The notes below the pieces were generated by a model. That model saw only the letters and a program-made list of their open reading frames with translations, did no database searches and was not told the DNA's origin. A stretch of DNA of 64,000 nucleotides from Fimbriimonadales bacterium (GTDB lineage: Bacteria > Armatimonadota > Fimbriimonadia > Fimbriimonadales > ATM1). Below are positions 46,631 to 55,852 of this stretch, piece after piece. Position 1 is the stretch's first letter, and every line of letters starts with the position of its first letter. The position numbers and the translations under genes are program-made. The stretch is taken from contig JBGTLG010000025.1 in assembly GCA_041744215.1 (NCBI GenBank), forward strand, positions 64,001-128,000. Reading direction: 5' to 3'.

Positions 46631-48109
46631 ATGAGACACACAAAGAAGGCAGTATTCATAGGACTTGGTGGACTGGTGCTGGCCGGAGGCGGCTTTTTCG
46701 CCTTCGGTTCGCTTCAGCCGCCGGTGACGCCTGAGGGCGTCCGGATGGGCGATATCGACCTCGGGGGTTTGACGAGGGACGACGTCATCACGAGGCTCGA
46801 AACTTGGTGGGACAGCGAGAAGCACACGCGCATCCAGCCAGAGTCGAAGTTGCTCGCGAAACAACCGGATTCGTTGACACTTGAGGAGGCCGGAGTCCGA
46901 CCCGACTGGGACGCAACTCTGTCTAGCGTGCCCTTCAATACGTACTTCGACAAAACATTCGGGCGCACCGGGAGCGCGGCTGAAGTGGAGATCGCATGGG
47001 TGGCCACAGATTCGTCTGCGGTGTCATCGCTCGCGAGATTCGTCGAGGAGAACGCAAAAACTCGGCGCGCTGCCAGCATTAGTTATGTCGATGGAAAGAT
47101 TGTCCGAGAGTATGAAATCCCTTCGTTCTCGCTGAATAACGAAGAGCTTTCTGACGCGATGTTGGGTGCCGTGATGAGTGGCGAGCCTCGCTTCGAGCTC
47201 CCGATGAAGAAGGACACTCCAAAGATTCCGAATGAGGCACTCGATCAGATTCGGGATGTCATGGCGGAGTTTACGACGAGTTTTAGCACGGGACAATACA
47301 ATCGAAGCAGTAACATCCGATTGGCCTGCAATGCTTTGACCGGAATCATTCTGATGCCAGGCGAAACGTTGAGTTACAACGATAGGGTTGGCAAGCGCAC
47401 ACCTGCGAACGGCTACAAGGATGCACCTGTATTCAAGAACGGCCTTAAGGTTTTGGACACGGGCGGCGGAGTCTGCCAAGTCTCGACCACGCTTTACAAC
47501 GCTGCGTTGATGGCAGACCTCGAGATTGTGAATCGACGCAATCATTCACGTCCGGTTGCGTACGTTCCTGTTGGACGCGACGCAACCGTTGATTACGGCA
47601 GCGGCATCGACTTGGTTTTCAAGAACTCTTACGACTTCCCTATCGCTGTCGTGAGCGCTGTCGACGGCGGGAAGGTCACGTTCCGAGTCCTAGGCAAGAA
47701 GGATCCGTCGAAATCGATCCAGATTGTAACTACCGATCATAAGGCTTGGGGCAATACTGTCAAGTACGTTGACGACGCCTCAATTCCTCCTGGCAAGGAG
47801 ACGGTCGTCGACAGCGGCGCCGGCGGTCGAGCGTGCATTACGTGGCGGATCGTTCGAATCGATGGCGTCGAGGTCAGACGCGAGAATTTGGGCAAGAGCC
47901 ATTATCCAGGCGCAGCTCGAATCATCGCGCGCAACCCAACGCCGGCAACACCCGTTGGTCCAGATGGCGCACCTCCTATCGAGCCAGGAGGCATCGACGA
48001 AACCCGGCCTGTGGTAAACGACTCCCCTCCAACGGGGTCGCCTTCGAACGGAAGCAACGCACCCACAGGCGGTACAGCCACGACAAGGCCCGGAGACACG
48101 CGCAGTTAG
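46631..48109 (+). CDS. VanW family protein with G5-like domain
   Basis: GGGVCQVSTTLYNA, NHS, GRDATV; N-terminal anchor. Confidence 0.9.
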   Translation: MRHTKKAVFIGLGGLVLAGGGFFAFGSLQPPVTPEGVRMGDIDLGGLTRDDVITRLETWWDSEKHTRIQPESKLLAKQPDSLTLEEAGVRPDWDATLSSVPFNTYFDKTFGRTGSAAEVEIAWVATDSSAVSSLARFVEENAKTRRAASISYVDGKIVREYEIPSFSLNNEELSDAMLGAVMSGEPRFELPMKKDTPKIPNEALDQIRDVMAEFTTSFSTGQYNRSSNIRLACNALTGIILMPGETLSYNDRVGKRTPANGYKDAPVFKNGLKVLDTGGGVCQVSTTLYNAALMADLEIVNRRNHSRPVAYVPVGRDATVDYGSGIDLVFKNSYDFPIAVVSAVDGGKVTFRVLGKKDPSKSIQIVTTDHKAWGNTVKYVDDASIPPGKETVVDSGAGGRACITWRIVRIDGVEVRRENLGKSHYPGAARIIARNPTPATPVGPDGAPPIEPGGIDETRPVVNDSPPTGSPSNGSNAPTGGTATTRPGDTRS

Positions 48110-49851
48110 AAGGAGTCGATCACTTCGGCGTACTTCTCGCGAATAACTCGACGCTTCACTTTCATGGACGGCGTCAGCTCACCTGTTTCTTGTGTCCAAC
48201 GCTCTGCGACAGGTTGAAACCTCTTGACCTTTTCGAAGTCCGGCAGCCTCTGATTCACGCGATCGATCTCCCCTTTGAGCAATTCGCGAATGGCAGGGTG
48301 CGCGATTAGATCGTCGTTGTGGCCGAGGTCTAGGCCTTTGCTCTCTGCATAGTGGCGAATCACATCGAAGTCGGGAACGATCAGCGCGGCGAGATACTCC
48401 TTATCATCACCAAAGATCACGACCTCCTCGACGTAGACGCTCGACTTGAGGAGATTTTCGATGCGTTCGGGGCCGACGTTCTTTCCGTTCGCCAAAACGA
48501 TGATGTCCTTCTTTCTGCCAGTTATCCAGATCCGGTCGCCTTCCATCCGACCAAGATCGCCGGTATGGAACCAGCCCTCCGCGTCGATCGCTTCCGCGGT
48601 GTCGGACGGCTTGTTGTAGTACCCAAGCATCAGGCTCTTTCCTCGCATGAGGATCTCGCCGTCTTCTGCAATTCGACACTCGATTCCTGGAAGAACTTCC
48701 CCGACGCTTGTATGCACGTTCCTTTCGGGATGGTTGAGAGAGATGACTGGAGATGTCTCCGTCAGGCCGTAGCCTTGCAGAAGCAAGAGGCCGAAGGCCC
48801 CGTAGAATTCGGCAACATCCGGTGGCAAAGCTGCGCCACCGCTCACCATGAAGCGAATGCGTCCTCCCATTTTCTCGCGGATCTTGGCTCCAACGAGCTT
48901 ATCTAACATCCCACCCATAAATCCAACGGGCTGCATTCGGCTTTCGATTCGCTTCGCGCCGCCCTTCAGAACGACATTGAACAACCAGCGCTTTATGGCA
49001 GTCCCCGACTCCACGTTTTGAAGGATCTTGCTTTTTACACTTTCTGTAAAGCGAGGAACAGTTAGCAAAATGGTTGGCTTTGCCACAATGATGTCTTGTG
49101 CCAACGTCCTGAGTGATTCGGCATACGCGATTTCCGCACCGAGATAGATGGGAAGAAAGTGCCCGGCCATTCTCTCGTAGACATGGGAGAGAGGAAGGAA
49201 TGACAAGAATCGGTCGTTGTGGTCTGCTGGAAGATTGCCGCGAATCGCCGCGCAAAGAAACGTGAAGTTTTCGTGGCTGAGCATTACGCCCTTTGGCTCG
49301 CCCGTTGTTCCGCTCGTGTAAATCAACGTCGCAAGGCCAGTTGGATCAATTTGATACGCGGCCTTCTCCCATTCGTCCTCTGTCCAATCGGATAGGTTGC
49401 CTTCGTCAATAATGGATGAAAGACTTGGCGCGTCGCCTTCGATGACGGCAGTCGATGTCGTAAGCGAGTTTTCTGAGATTGCGCGCCGCGCTCGATCAAA
49501 CAGTTTTGAGTCTCCGGTAAAGATCAGCTTGGCCCCGGAATCTTGAAGGAGGTAGCCGACTTGGTCTTCAAGCAACGTAGGATAGATCGGAACGGTGATC
49601 GCACCGATCGACAGGGCCGCCCAATCGAGGAGGCCCCATTGCATCGAGTTTTCTGCATAGATAGCGATCCGGTCGCCTCGTTCCACACCTACCGATCGGA
49701 GTCCTCGCGCAATCTGAAACACCTTTAGACGGAACTCCGCATAGCTGATCGGATGGAACTCGCCGCGCATTCGATAGAGAAGCGCTGGTTTTGGTCCGAA
49801 GCGGGCGCAGGATTCGAGCATAGCGACCGGAAGCGACTTGGCCTCTGACAT
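48106..49851 (-). CDS. Long-chain fatty acid--CoA ligase
   Basis: YTSGTTGEPKG, FLPLSHVYER, QGYGLTET, GWFHTGD. Start at ATG 49851. Confidence 0.92.
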   Translation of the reverse strand: MSEAKSLPVAMLESCARFGPKPALLYRMRGEFHPISYAEFRLKVFQIARGLRSVGVERGDRIAIYAENSMQWGLLDWAALSIGAITVPIYPTLLEDQVGYLLQDSGAKLIFTGDSKLFDRARRAISENSLTTSTAVIEGDAPSLSSIIDEGNLSDWTEDEWEKAAYQIDPTGLATLIYTSGTTGEPKGVMLSHENFTFLCAAIRGNLPADHNDRFLSFLPLSHVYERMAGHFLPIYLGAEIAYAESLRTLAQDIIVAKPTILLTVPRFTESVKSKILQNVESGTAIKRWLFNVVLKGGAKRIESRMQPVGFMGGMLDKLVGAKIREKMGGRIRFMVSGGAALPPDVAEFYGAFGLLLLQGYGLTETSPVISLNHPERNVHTSVGEVLPGIECRIAEDGEILMRGKSLMLGYYNKPSDTAEAIDAEGWFHTGDLGRMEGDRIWITGRKKDIIVLANGKNVGPERIENLLKSSVYVEEVVIFGDDKEYLAALIVPDFDVIRHYAESKGLDLGHNDDLIAHPAIRELLKGEIDRVNQRLPDFEKVKRFQPVAERWTQETGELTPSMKVKRRVIREKYAEVIDSF

Positions 49852-49920
49852 AGATTCCAGTATTCCACGGACGTGATTGGGAATCCTGGCTGGAACTAAC
49901 TGAAAGGTACAATTTACGCG

Positions 49921-52900
49921 ATGCACGTCCGCGATTGGGTGCGGAACCTTTCTCCTCCAGAACTGACCTCGGGCCGCCAAGAGTGGAATCTGCTCTGCGC
50001 CGAAGCGATGGCGCCGCTCGTTGCTGCGGCCTGGTTGCGCGCGCCACTGGCCAGACAAAGAATCGTGGTAGTGACTGCGGACTACGAGCGCGCGCTTCAG
50101 TGGCAGGCACGACTTATCATGTTCGGCATTCCGGCTAGCGCGATCCGCCACCTACCGAGCGGTCAAAGTAGCCTATTCGACGATGCGCCACCTGAACGCT
50201 ATGCGCTTTCTGAACGCACTGGCGCGTTAAGCGCGTTGTTGTCCGAGGACGCCACAATTGTGTTGACTTCACCCCATGCAGCACTCGAAAAGGGGATGTC
50301 GTCCATGAGGTTTCGAAGCGCATCGATACAGCTCTCTTCAGGTGAAGACATCGATCCCGACGAGCTGCAGGAAAAGCTTGAGCGGATCGGATATGAGCGC
50401 GAGGAACCGGTTCGCCTCCCTGGAGGGTACAGCCGTCGCGGCGGCATTATTGATGTATTCGCTGCAGGAAGTGCGATGCCGACCCGCATTGAGTTGTTTG
50501 GCGACACTATCGAGAGCCTTCGCCACTTCGATGCAGAGAGTCAACGAAGTGTGCAGCCGTGCTCGTCACTAACGATTCCACCTTTGCGAATGGTGGATGC
50601 AAGATCGGGGCCCGGCGTCGCAGAGAGTGTACGCGAGACTGCAGAAGCACAAGCGAAAGAACTGACGGAAGAGTCGTCGCTGCTCTTGTTAGAGACGATC
50701 GAAGCAGATGCGACGTCGCTGGCGAAGGGCGCGTTCTTCGATAGAGTTGATTTGTACCTGCCCTTCATTGAACCTCAAGGGGAGTGCGCACTGGACTTTG
50801 CGCGGGACTGCACCATCATCTTAGAAGAGCCCGTCGAGTTATCGGTGCGTGCGGAACGCGCCCGGGAAGACATCGAGCAGTTGCTGGCTCACCGGCACGA
50901 GCGAGGCAACTGTCTGCAATTGGGAGCCGACGGATTCTTGAGTCCGGTTTCCCGCTTGTTCTCATCATCGTCATCGATTGAGATGACGTCCCAAGACGGG
51001 TCCGGTGAACAGCTCGGCTATGCATCGCTAGCACCCTACCGCGGACGACCCGAGTCGCTTGCACGCGCGATTGACAATTGGCGCAGCTCGGGCGTGAAGA
51101 TGTTTATCGCAACGGATCAGCCCTCGCGCGCGAAGTCTGTGCTACAAAACATCGACCTTGCCGTGACAGAACCCGGCGATGGCGCGTCGCTTGAAGATGT
51201 GCAGGATGCCATTGCCGTGATGCTCCGAGGCAACCCTGCCGGTGGATTTGTTAGCGCGAGCCTGAAGTTTGCGTTTTTGACGGACACGGAACTCTTCGGT
51301 GTCGGGCGGTTACGGCTTCCCCAAAAGCGGTTTACGGAAGGCGCACCGATAGCGAGCGTGCTTGATCTGAAGCCTGGCGACTTTGTTGTGCACATCCAGT
51401 TTGGCATCGGACGGTATCGAGGGCTGGTCACGCGCGAGATAGAAGGTGTGCAAAAAGAGTTCCTACACATCCAGTATCAATCGCCTGATCAGTTGTTCGT
51501 TCCGACCGATCAGCTTGACCGCGTTCAGAAGTATCTTAGCCCGAGCGATTCTGCCCCTCAATTGCACCGAATCACCGGAGGCGATTGGCAGCGGACACTT
51601 CGCAATGCAAAGAAGGGAGCAGAAGATCTTGCACGCGATCTGGTTCGCATTTATGCCAAGCGTGCTGCGGTGACACGCGCCCCTTTTGGCGAGGACACCC
51701 CTTGGCAGTCGGAGATGGAAGCGACCTTTCAGTGGGTGGAAACACCAACACAACTGAAGACCATCGAAGAGATCAAGCGGGACCTGAATAAGCATCGGCC
51801 GATGGACCGACTCATTTGCGGAGACGTTGGATTTGGAAAGACAGAGGTGGCGATCCGAGCAGCCTTCAAGGCGGTACAGGCAGGTATGCAAGTGGCTGTG
51901 CTGTGCCCCACTACTGTCCTGGCAGACCAGCACGATCAGACCTTTCGGGAGCGGCTCGCGGCGTACCCAGTTCGAATTCGTGTCTTGAGTCGTTTTAGAA
52001 ACGCGAAGGAGCGAAAGGAGACGCTTGCTGGCATGAAGGCCGGCGAAGTCGATGTTGTGATTGGGACACACGCGCTTTTGCAGACTGGTGTCGAGTTCAA
52101 GAATCTTGGCCTGGTCATCGTCGACGAGGAGCAACGATTCGGGGTGAAGCACAAGGAACGCCTCAAGGATCTCCGCGCGCAAGCAGACTTTCTAACTCTA
52201 ACGGCCACGCCGATTCCACGCACTCTGAGCATGGCACTGATGAACGTCCGTGAGCTGTCCGTCATAACGGATCCGCCGCCGGGTCGATTGCCGATCAGAA
52301 CGTACGTTCGCAACTATGGCGAGCCGCTGGTGCGAGAGGCGATGTTGCGCGAACTCGCGCGAGGAGGTCAAGTCTACTACGTTTTCAATCGAATAGAGGG
52401 AATTCACCATGTCGCGACGAGGCTACAAAAGCTCGTGCCTAATGCGAGAATAGCTGTTGCACATGGTCAGATGAAGGCCGAAGAGCTAGAGCCTATAATG
52501 ATTTCATTCTTCCACGGCGAAATCGACATTCTTGTCTGCACCACGATCATCGAAAACGGAATCGACAATCCAAGCGCGAACACGCTTATTGTGGAGGGTG
52601 CAGATCGGCTCGGCTTAGCGCAACTTTACCAACTTAGGGGTCGTGTCGGGCGAAGCGACCGGCAAGCGTATGCGTATCTACTTTACCGAAGTGAGAAGAA
52701 CATGACGGAGAATGCTGTGGAGAGGCTTCGTGCATTGCAGGAGTTTAGTGATCTCGGATCGGGCTATTCTCTCGCCTTTCGCGACCTTCAGATTCGCGGT
52801 GCAGGAGAGCTGCTTGGATCGAAGCAGCATGGTGTTATGGCGACAGTTGGATACGATATGTACTGTAATCTGATCAACCAAGCCGTGCAACAACTTCGCA

Positions 52901-53430
52901 ATGCGATGGACTCGGGAGGTGAATCGGCAGCACGGATGACGAAGCTGGAGATCGAAGCTCAACCTGGGCCCGACTTCATCGAGCTACCCACGTTCGAGAT
53001 TCCGGCTGAGGCTTACTTACCTAAAGAGTACATTTCAGATCAAAACCAACGATTATTTCTTTACAAGCGGTTGATGGAAGCTAGGGATGAAGAATCAATC
53101 TTAGCGGTTGAGGACGAGTTACGCGACCGTTTTGGCCAGTTGCCGTCGCCCGCGATTGCTGCGGTGCGAGCTGTCCGACTTAGACTGGATGCGCGTGAGC
53201 TTGGTGTTCGAAAGGTGGAAGGTCGCGAGGGCCGACTCATGGTCTGGCTTGCAAAAGGACAAGAACTGCCGCTGAGGATTGTTCACGCTTTTCAACGCGA
53301 TTACAAAGGGCTGCGTTTTCGAAACGACCTAATGGAATGGCGGTACACAAGCGATGCACTCCATTCGGTAAGCGAGGCATTTTCGCTGTTGCGACAGGCT
53401 AGGGAAAGCAAGACCCCGGCTCGTGTTTAA
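49921..53430 (+). CDS. mfd: Transcription-repair coupling factor
   Basis: RGGIIDVF, GDVGFGKTEVA, DEEQRFG, QLRGRVGRS, DLQIRGAG. Confidence 0.97.
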   Translation: MHVRDWVRNLSPPELTSGRQEWNLLCAEAMAPLVAAAWLRAPLARQRIVVVTADYERALQWQARLIMFGIPASAIRHLPSGQSSLFDDAPPERYALSERTGALSALLSEDATIVLTSPHAALEKGMSSMRFRSASIQLSSGEDIDPDELQEKLERIGYEREEPVRLPGGYSRRGGIIDVFAAGSAMPTRIELFGDTIESLRHFDAESQRSVQPCSSLTIPPLRMVDARSGPGVAESVRETAEAQAKELTEESSLLLLETIEADATSLAKGAFFDRVDLYLPFIEPQGECALDFARDCTIILEEPVELSVRAERAREDIEQLLAHRHERGNCLQLGADGFLSPVSRLFSSSSSIEMTSQDGSGEQLGYASLAPYRGRPESLARAIDNWRSSGVKMFIATDQPSRAKSVLQNIDLAVTEPGDGASLEDVQDAIAVMLRGNPAGGFVSASLKFAFLTDTELFGVGRLRLPQKRFTEGAPIASVLDLKPGDFVVHIQFGIGRYRGLVTREIEGVQKEFLHIQYQSPDQLFVPTDQLDRVQKYLSPSDSAPQLHRITGGDWQRTLRNAKKGAEDLARDLVRIYAKRAAVTRAPFGEDTPWQSEMEATFQWVETPTQLKTIEEIKRDLNKHRPMDRLICGDVGFGKTEVAIRAAFKAVQAGMQVAVLCPTTVLADQHDQTFRERLAAYPVRIRVLSRFRNAKERKETLAGMKAGEVDVVIGTHALLQTGVEFKNLGLVIVDEEQRFGVKHKERLKDLRAQADFLTLTATPIPRTLSMALMNVRELSVITDPPPGRLPIRTYVRNYGEPLVREAMLRELARGGQVYYVFNRIEGIHHVATRLQKLVPNARIAVAHGQMKAEELEPIMISFFHGEIDILVCTTIIENGIDNPSANTLIVEGADRLGLAQLYQLRGRVGRSDRQAYAYLLYRSEKNMTENAVERLRALQEFSDLGSGYSLAFRDLQIRGAGELLGSKQHGVMATVGYDMYCNLINQAVQQLRNAMDSGGESAARMTKLEIEAQPGPDFIELPTFEIPAEAYLPKEYISDQNQRLFLYKRLMEARDEESILAVEDELRDRFGQLPSPAIAAVRAVRLRLDARELGVRKVEGREGRLMVWLAKGQELPLRIVHAFQRDYKGLRFRNDLMEWRYTSDALHSVSEAFSLLRQARESKTPARV

Positions 53431-54338
53431 TCTTCCGCGAGTAGACTCGTGATTGGCACATCGAGAGCGTCGGCAAGCTTCATAATCGCGCCAATGGAGA
53501 CGTTTTGCTTACCATGCTCAAGCGCACTGATGTACGTTCGGTCGAGACCCGCTGCTTCTGATAACTGGGCCTGGCTCATTCCTCGGACTTTTCTTTGGCT
53601 CTGGACACGCTGACCCAAACGGCGCAAGTAACCTGCGAGGCTCCGATCCGGAGGCGAAACGCCAAGCATTTTTCTGGCCTCTCGAATTGCTTCAATAGGG
53701 TCTTGGGACACGATGTCCGCGTTGATGGCTTCCGCCGACACAGACTGAAACGCTTGTCCTCCAAGGAGTATTGCGGGGGGTTTCTGCAACTTTCGGAGCG
53801 CGCCGATCGTGGTTCGAACCGCCGCAATGTCGGATGACATCAGCGCAGACAGACAGACGACATCGGGTTTCGAGCGGTCACAGAACGCTATCAAATCCTT
53901 GACGGGGGTGCTCGCGCCTAGGAACTCGACTTGCCAGCCATCAAACAAAAGAAAGTCTGCGAGCATGCGTGCACCCATGAAGTGATGGTCACCCTCAGGT
54001 GTAGTCACAACAGCCTTAAGCCCGATCGGCGCGCGCGGCTGTGTCAGTTGCCTTAGTCTGTCCATCTGCGCAAGCGTGATTTGAGTCGCCAAGTGCTCCT
54101 GCGCTACGTTTAGCTCGCCAGTGTGCCACTTTCGGCCAACTGCCAGCTGGCCGTGATGCAGAATGTCCAGATAGATTCGCGCGGCGCTCATTCCTTGCGC
54201 AGCTGCCTGGTCAACCGCCGTCGCTGCGGCCCCTGCGTTGCCGTGCAATAGGGCCTGGGCGTAGGCCTCAGCGATCGCCGGTGTCGTCCGGGCTACTGCT
54301 GGCCGTCGAATCTTCGATTTGTCGAGCATTTTTGACAC
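53427..54338 (-). CDS. Cobalamin-binding (CarH/LitR-type sensor) protein with C-terminal XRE helix-turn-helix
   Basis: W-x9-EH (WHTGELNVAQEH), DHHFMG, FLGASTP, LLGG; C-terminal RKVRGMSQAQLSEAAGLDRTYISALEHGKQN. Confidence 0.88.
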   Translation of the reverse strand: MSKMLDKSKIRRPAVARTTPAIAEAYAQALLHGNAGAAATAVDQAAAQGMSAARIYLDILHHGQLAVGRKWHTGELNVAQEHLATQITLAQMDRLRQLTQPRAPIGLKAVVTTPEGDHHFMGARMLADFLLFDGWQVEFLGASTPVKDLIAFCDRSKPDVVCLSALMSSDIAAVRTTIGALRKLQKPPAILLGGQAFQSVSAEAINADIVSQDPIEAIREARKMLGVSPPDRSLAGYLRRLGQRVQSQRKVRGMSQAQLSEAAGLDRTYISALEHGKQNVSIGAIMKLADALDVPITSLLAED

Positions 54339-54399
54339 GAGGTGGCGTACCTGATAAGTTTGTCGAGCATTTTTGACACGAGGTGGCGTACCTGATAAG
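54318..54399. repeat. Perfect 41-bp tandem duplication
   Basis: tttgtcgagcatttttgacacgaggtggcgtacctgataag at 54318 and again at 54359. Confidence 0.95.
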
Positions 54400-54451
54400 T
54401 ATAGTCTACGTCCGGCCGGGCACTCGTGTGCGCAGTGCGGGTGAGAAATCG

Positions 54452-55807
54452 ATGGAACTGTTCGTCAAGAGTTCTGAAATCAATGTCAGCGCGGACGATC
54501 TCTTTGCCTGGCACCTGCGGCCCGGGGCGTTCGAGCGCTTAACTCCGCCGTGGGACGCGACGACTGTGATGCGTAGATCGGGACCCGTTGCCGAAGGCAG
54601 TCGTGTCGAGCTACTCACAAGGGTGGGACCCATCCCGGTGCGGATCGAAGTTGTTCACGAAGGAATCGTCCCTGGTCGAGAGTTTTGCGATGTAATGGTA
54701 CGCGGGCCATTCTCGCATTGGCACCACGCGCACAAGTTCCTGCCGCTTAGCGATGCGACTTCGGTACTCGAAGATCGGATTTCGTACAGATTGCCTCTCG
54801 GAATACTGGGCAGCATCTTTGGCGGAAAGTTCACGCGGAGGAAACTTGACTCACTGTTTGACTATCGACATGCCGTTACACAATGGAGCGTCGCGAAGGT
54901 GCGGGAAGAGAAACCGATGCGAGTGCTCGTGTCTGGCGCGTCAGGCCTCATTGGCTCGGCGCTTATCCCGCTGCTCACCACGCGGGGTCATACTGTCACA
55001 CGGCTCGTTAGAAACAATCCGGGAGATTCAGACGTGCTGTGGAATCCCAAGGAAGGGACCGTCGATCCACCCGATCTGTCCGACTTCGATGCGGTCATTC
55101 ACTTAGCTGCGGAGCCGATTTCCCAGCGGTGGACGCCCGAACAGATGGATCGGATTCGCGAAAGTCGCACGCAGGGAACAAAGACAATTGCCAACGCGAT
55201 CAAGGCTTCTCGACGGCCGCCAAGGGTGCTGATTTCTGCTTCAGCAATGGGCTACTACGGCAATCGCGGGAGCGAGTTACTTACCGAAGAATCTGGTCGC
55301 GGCGAGGGCTTTCTCTCCGAAGTCGCAGAGGCATGGGAAGCCGCTACCGAGCCCGCTGCTATCGGTGGAACGCGTGTTGCAATTGCCCGGTTCAGTCTTG
55401 TGTTAACGCCTCAGGGCGGTGCATTCAAGAAGCTGTTGCCACTCTTTAAGTTGGGGCTGGGAGGGCGGATGGGCAGCGGCGATCAGTATTGGAGTTGGAT
55501 TGCAATCGACGACGTTGTGCTCGCCCTGCATCACTTGCTGACACAGCCAGAGTTGTCGGGACCTTTTAACATCGCTTCGACACAACCTGCTACCAACGCG
55601 GAGTTCACTCGCACGCTTGCAAGAGTTCTGGGTAGGCCCGCGATTTTTCCGATTCCGACCTTCGCTGCAAAACTCGTTGCAGGTTCTATGGTTGACGACT
55701 TGCTGTTTTCGAGCGCTCGTCTTGCCCCAGAGAAGCTGATTCGGAGTGGCTTTATGTTTCGCTTACCGGAGCTGGATGGAGCGTTTCGGCACTTGCTCGG
55801 TAAATGA
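54452..55807 (+). CDS. SRPBCC domain fused to TIGR01777 NAD-dependent epimerase/oxidoreductase
   Basis: N-terminal FAWH.RPGAFERLTPPW...GPFSHWHH.H; then VSGASGLIG, SASAMGYYG, GLGGRMGSGDQYWSWI. Confidence 0.9.
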   Translation: MELFVKSSEINVSADDLFAWHLRPGAFERLTPPWDATTVMRRSGPVAEGSRVELLTRVGPIPVRIEVVHEGIVPGREFCDVMVRGPFSHWHHAHKFLPLSDATSVLEDRISYRLPLGILGSIFGGKFTRRKLDSLFDYRHAVTQWSVAKVREEKPMRVLVSGASGLIGSALIPLLTTRGHTVTRLVRNNPGDSDVLWNPKEGTVDPPDLSDFDAVIHLAAEPISQRWTPEQMDRIRESRTQGTKTIANAIKASRRPPRVLISASAMGYYGNRGSELLTEESGRGEGFLSEVAEAWEAATEPAAIGGTRVAIARFSLVLTPQGGAFKKLLPLFKLGLGGRMGSGDQYWSWIAIDDVVLALHHLLTQPELSGPFNIASTQPATNAEFTRTLARVLGRPAIFPIPTFAAKLVAGSMVDDLLFSSARLAPEKLIRSGFMFRLPELDGAFRHLLGK

Positions 55808-55852
55808 GACATACCCCGTCCGGTATCATCGTGCCGGAGACGAACTCACCTG

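Noticed and set aside
49852-50151. N-terminal extension of the acyl-CoA ligase
   Set aside because: It overlaps mfd on the other strand; ATG 49851 is the plausible start.
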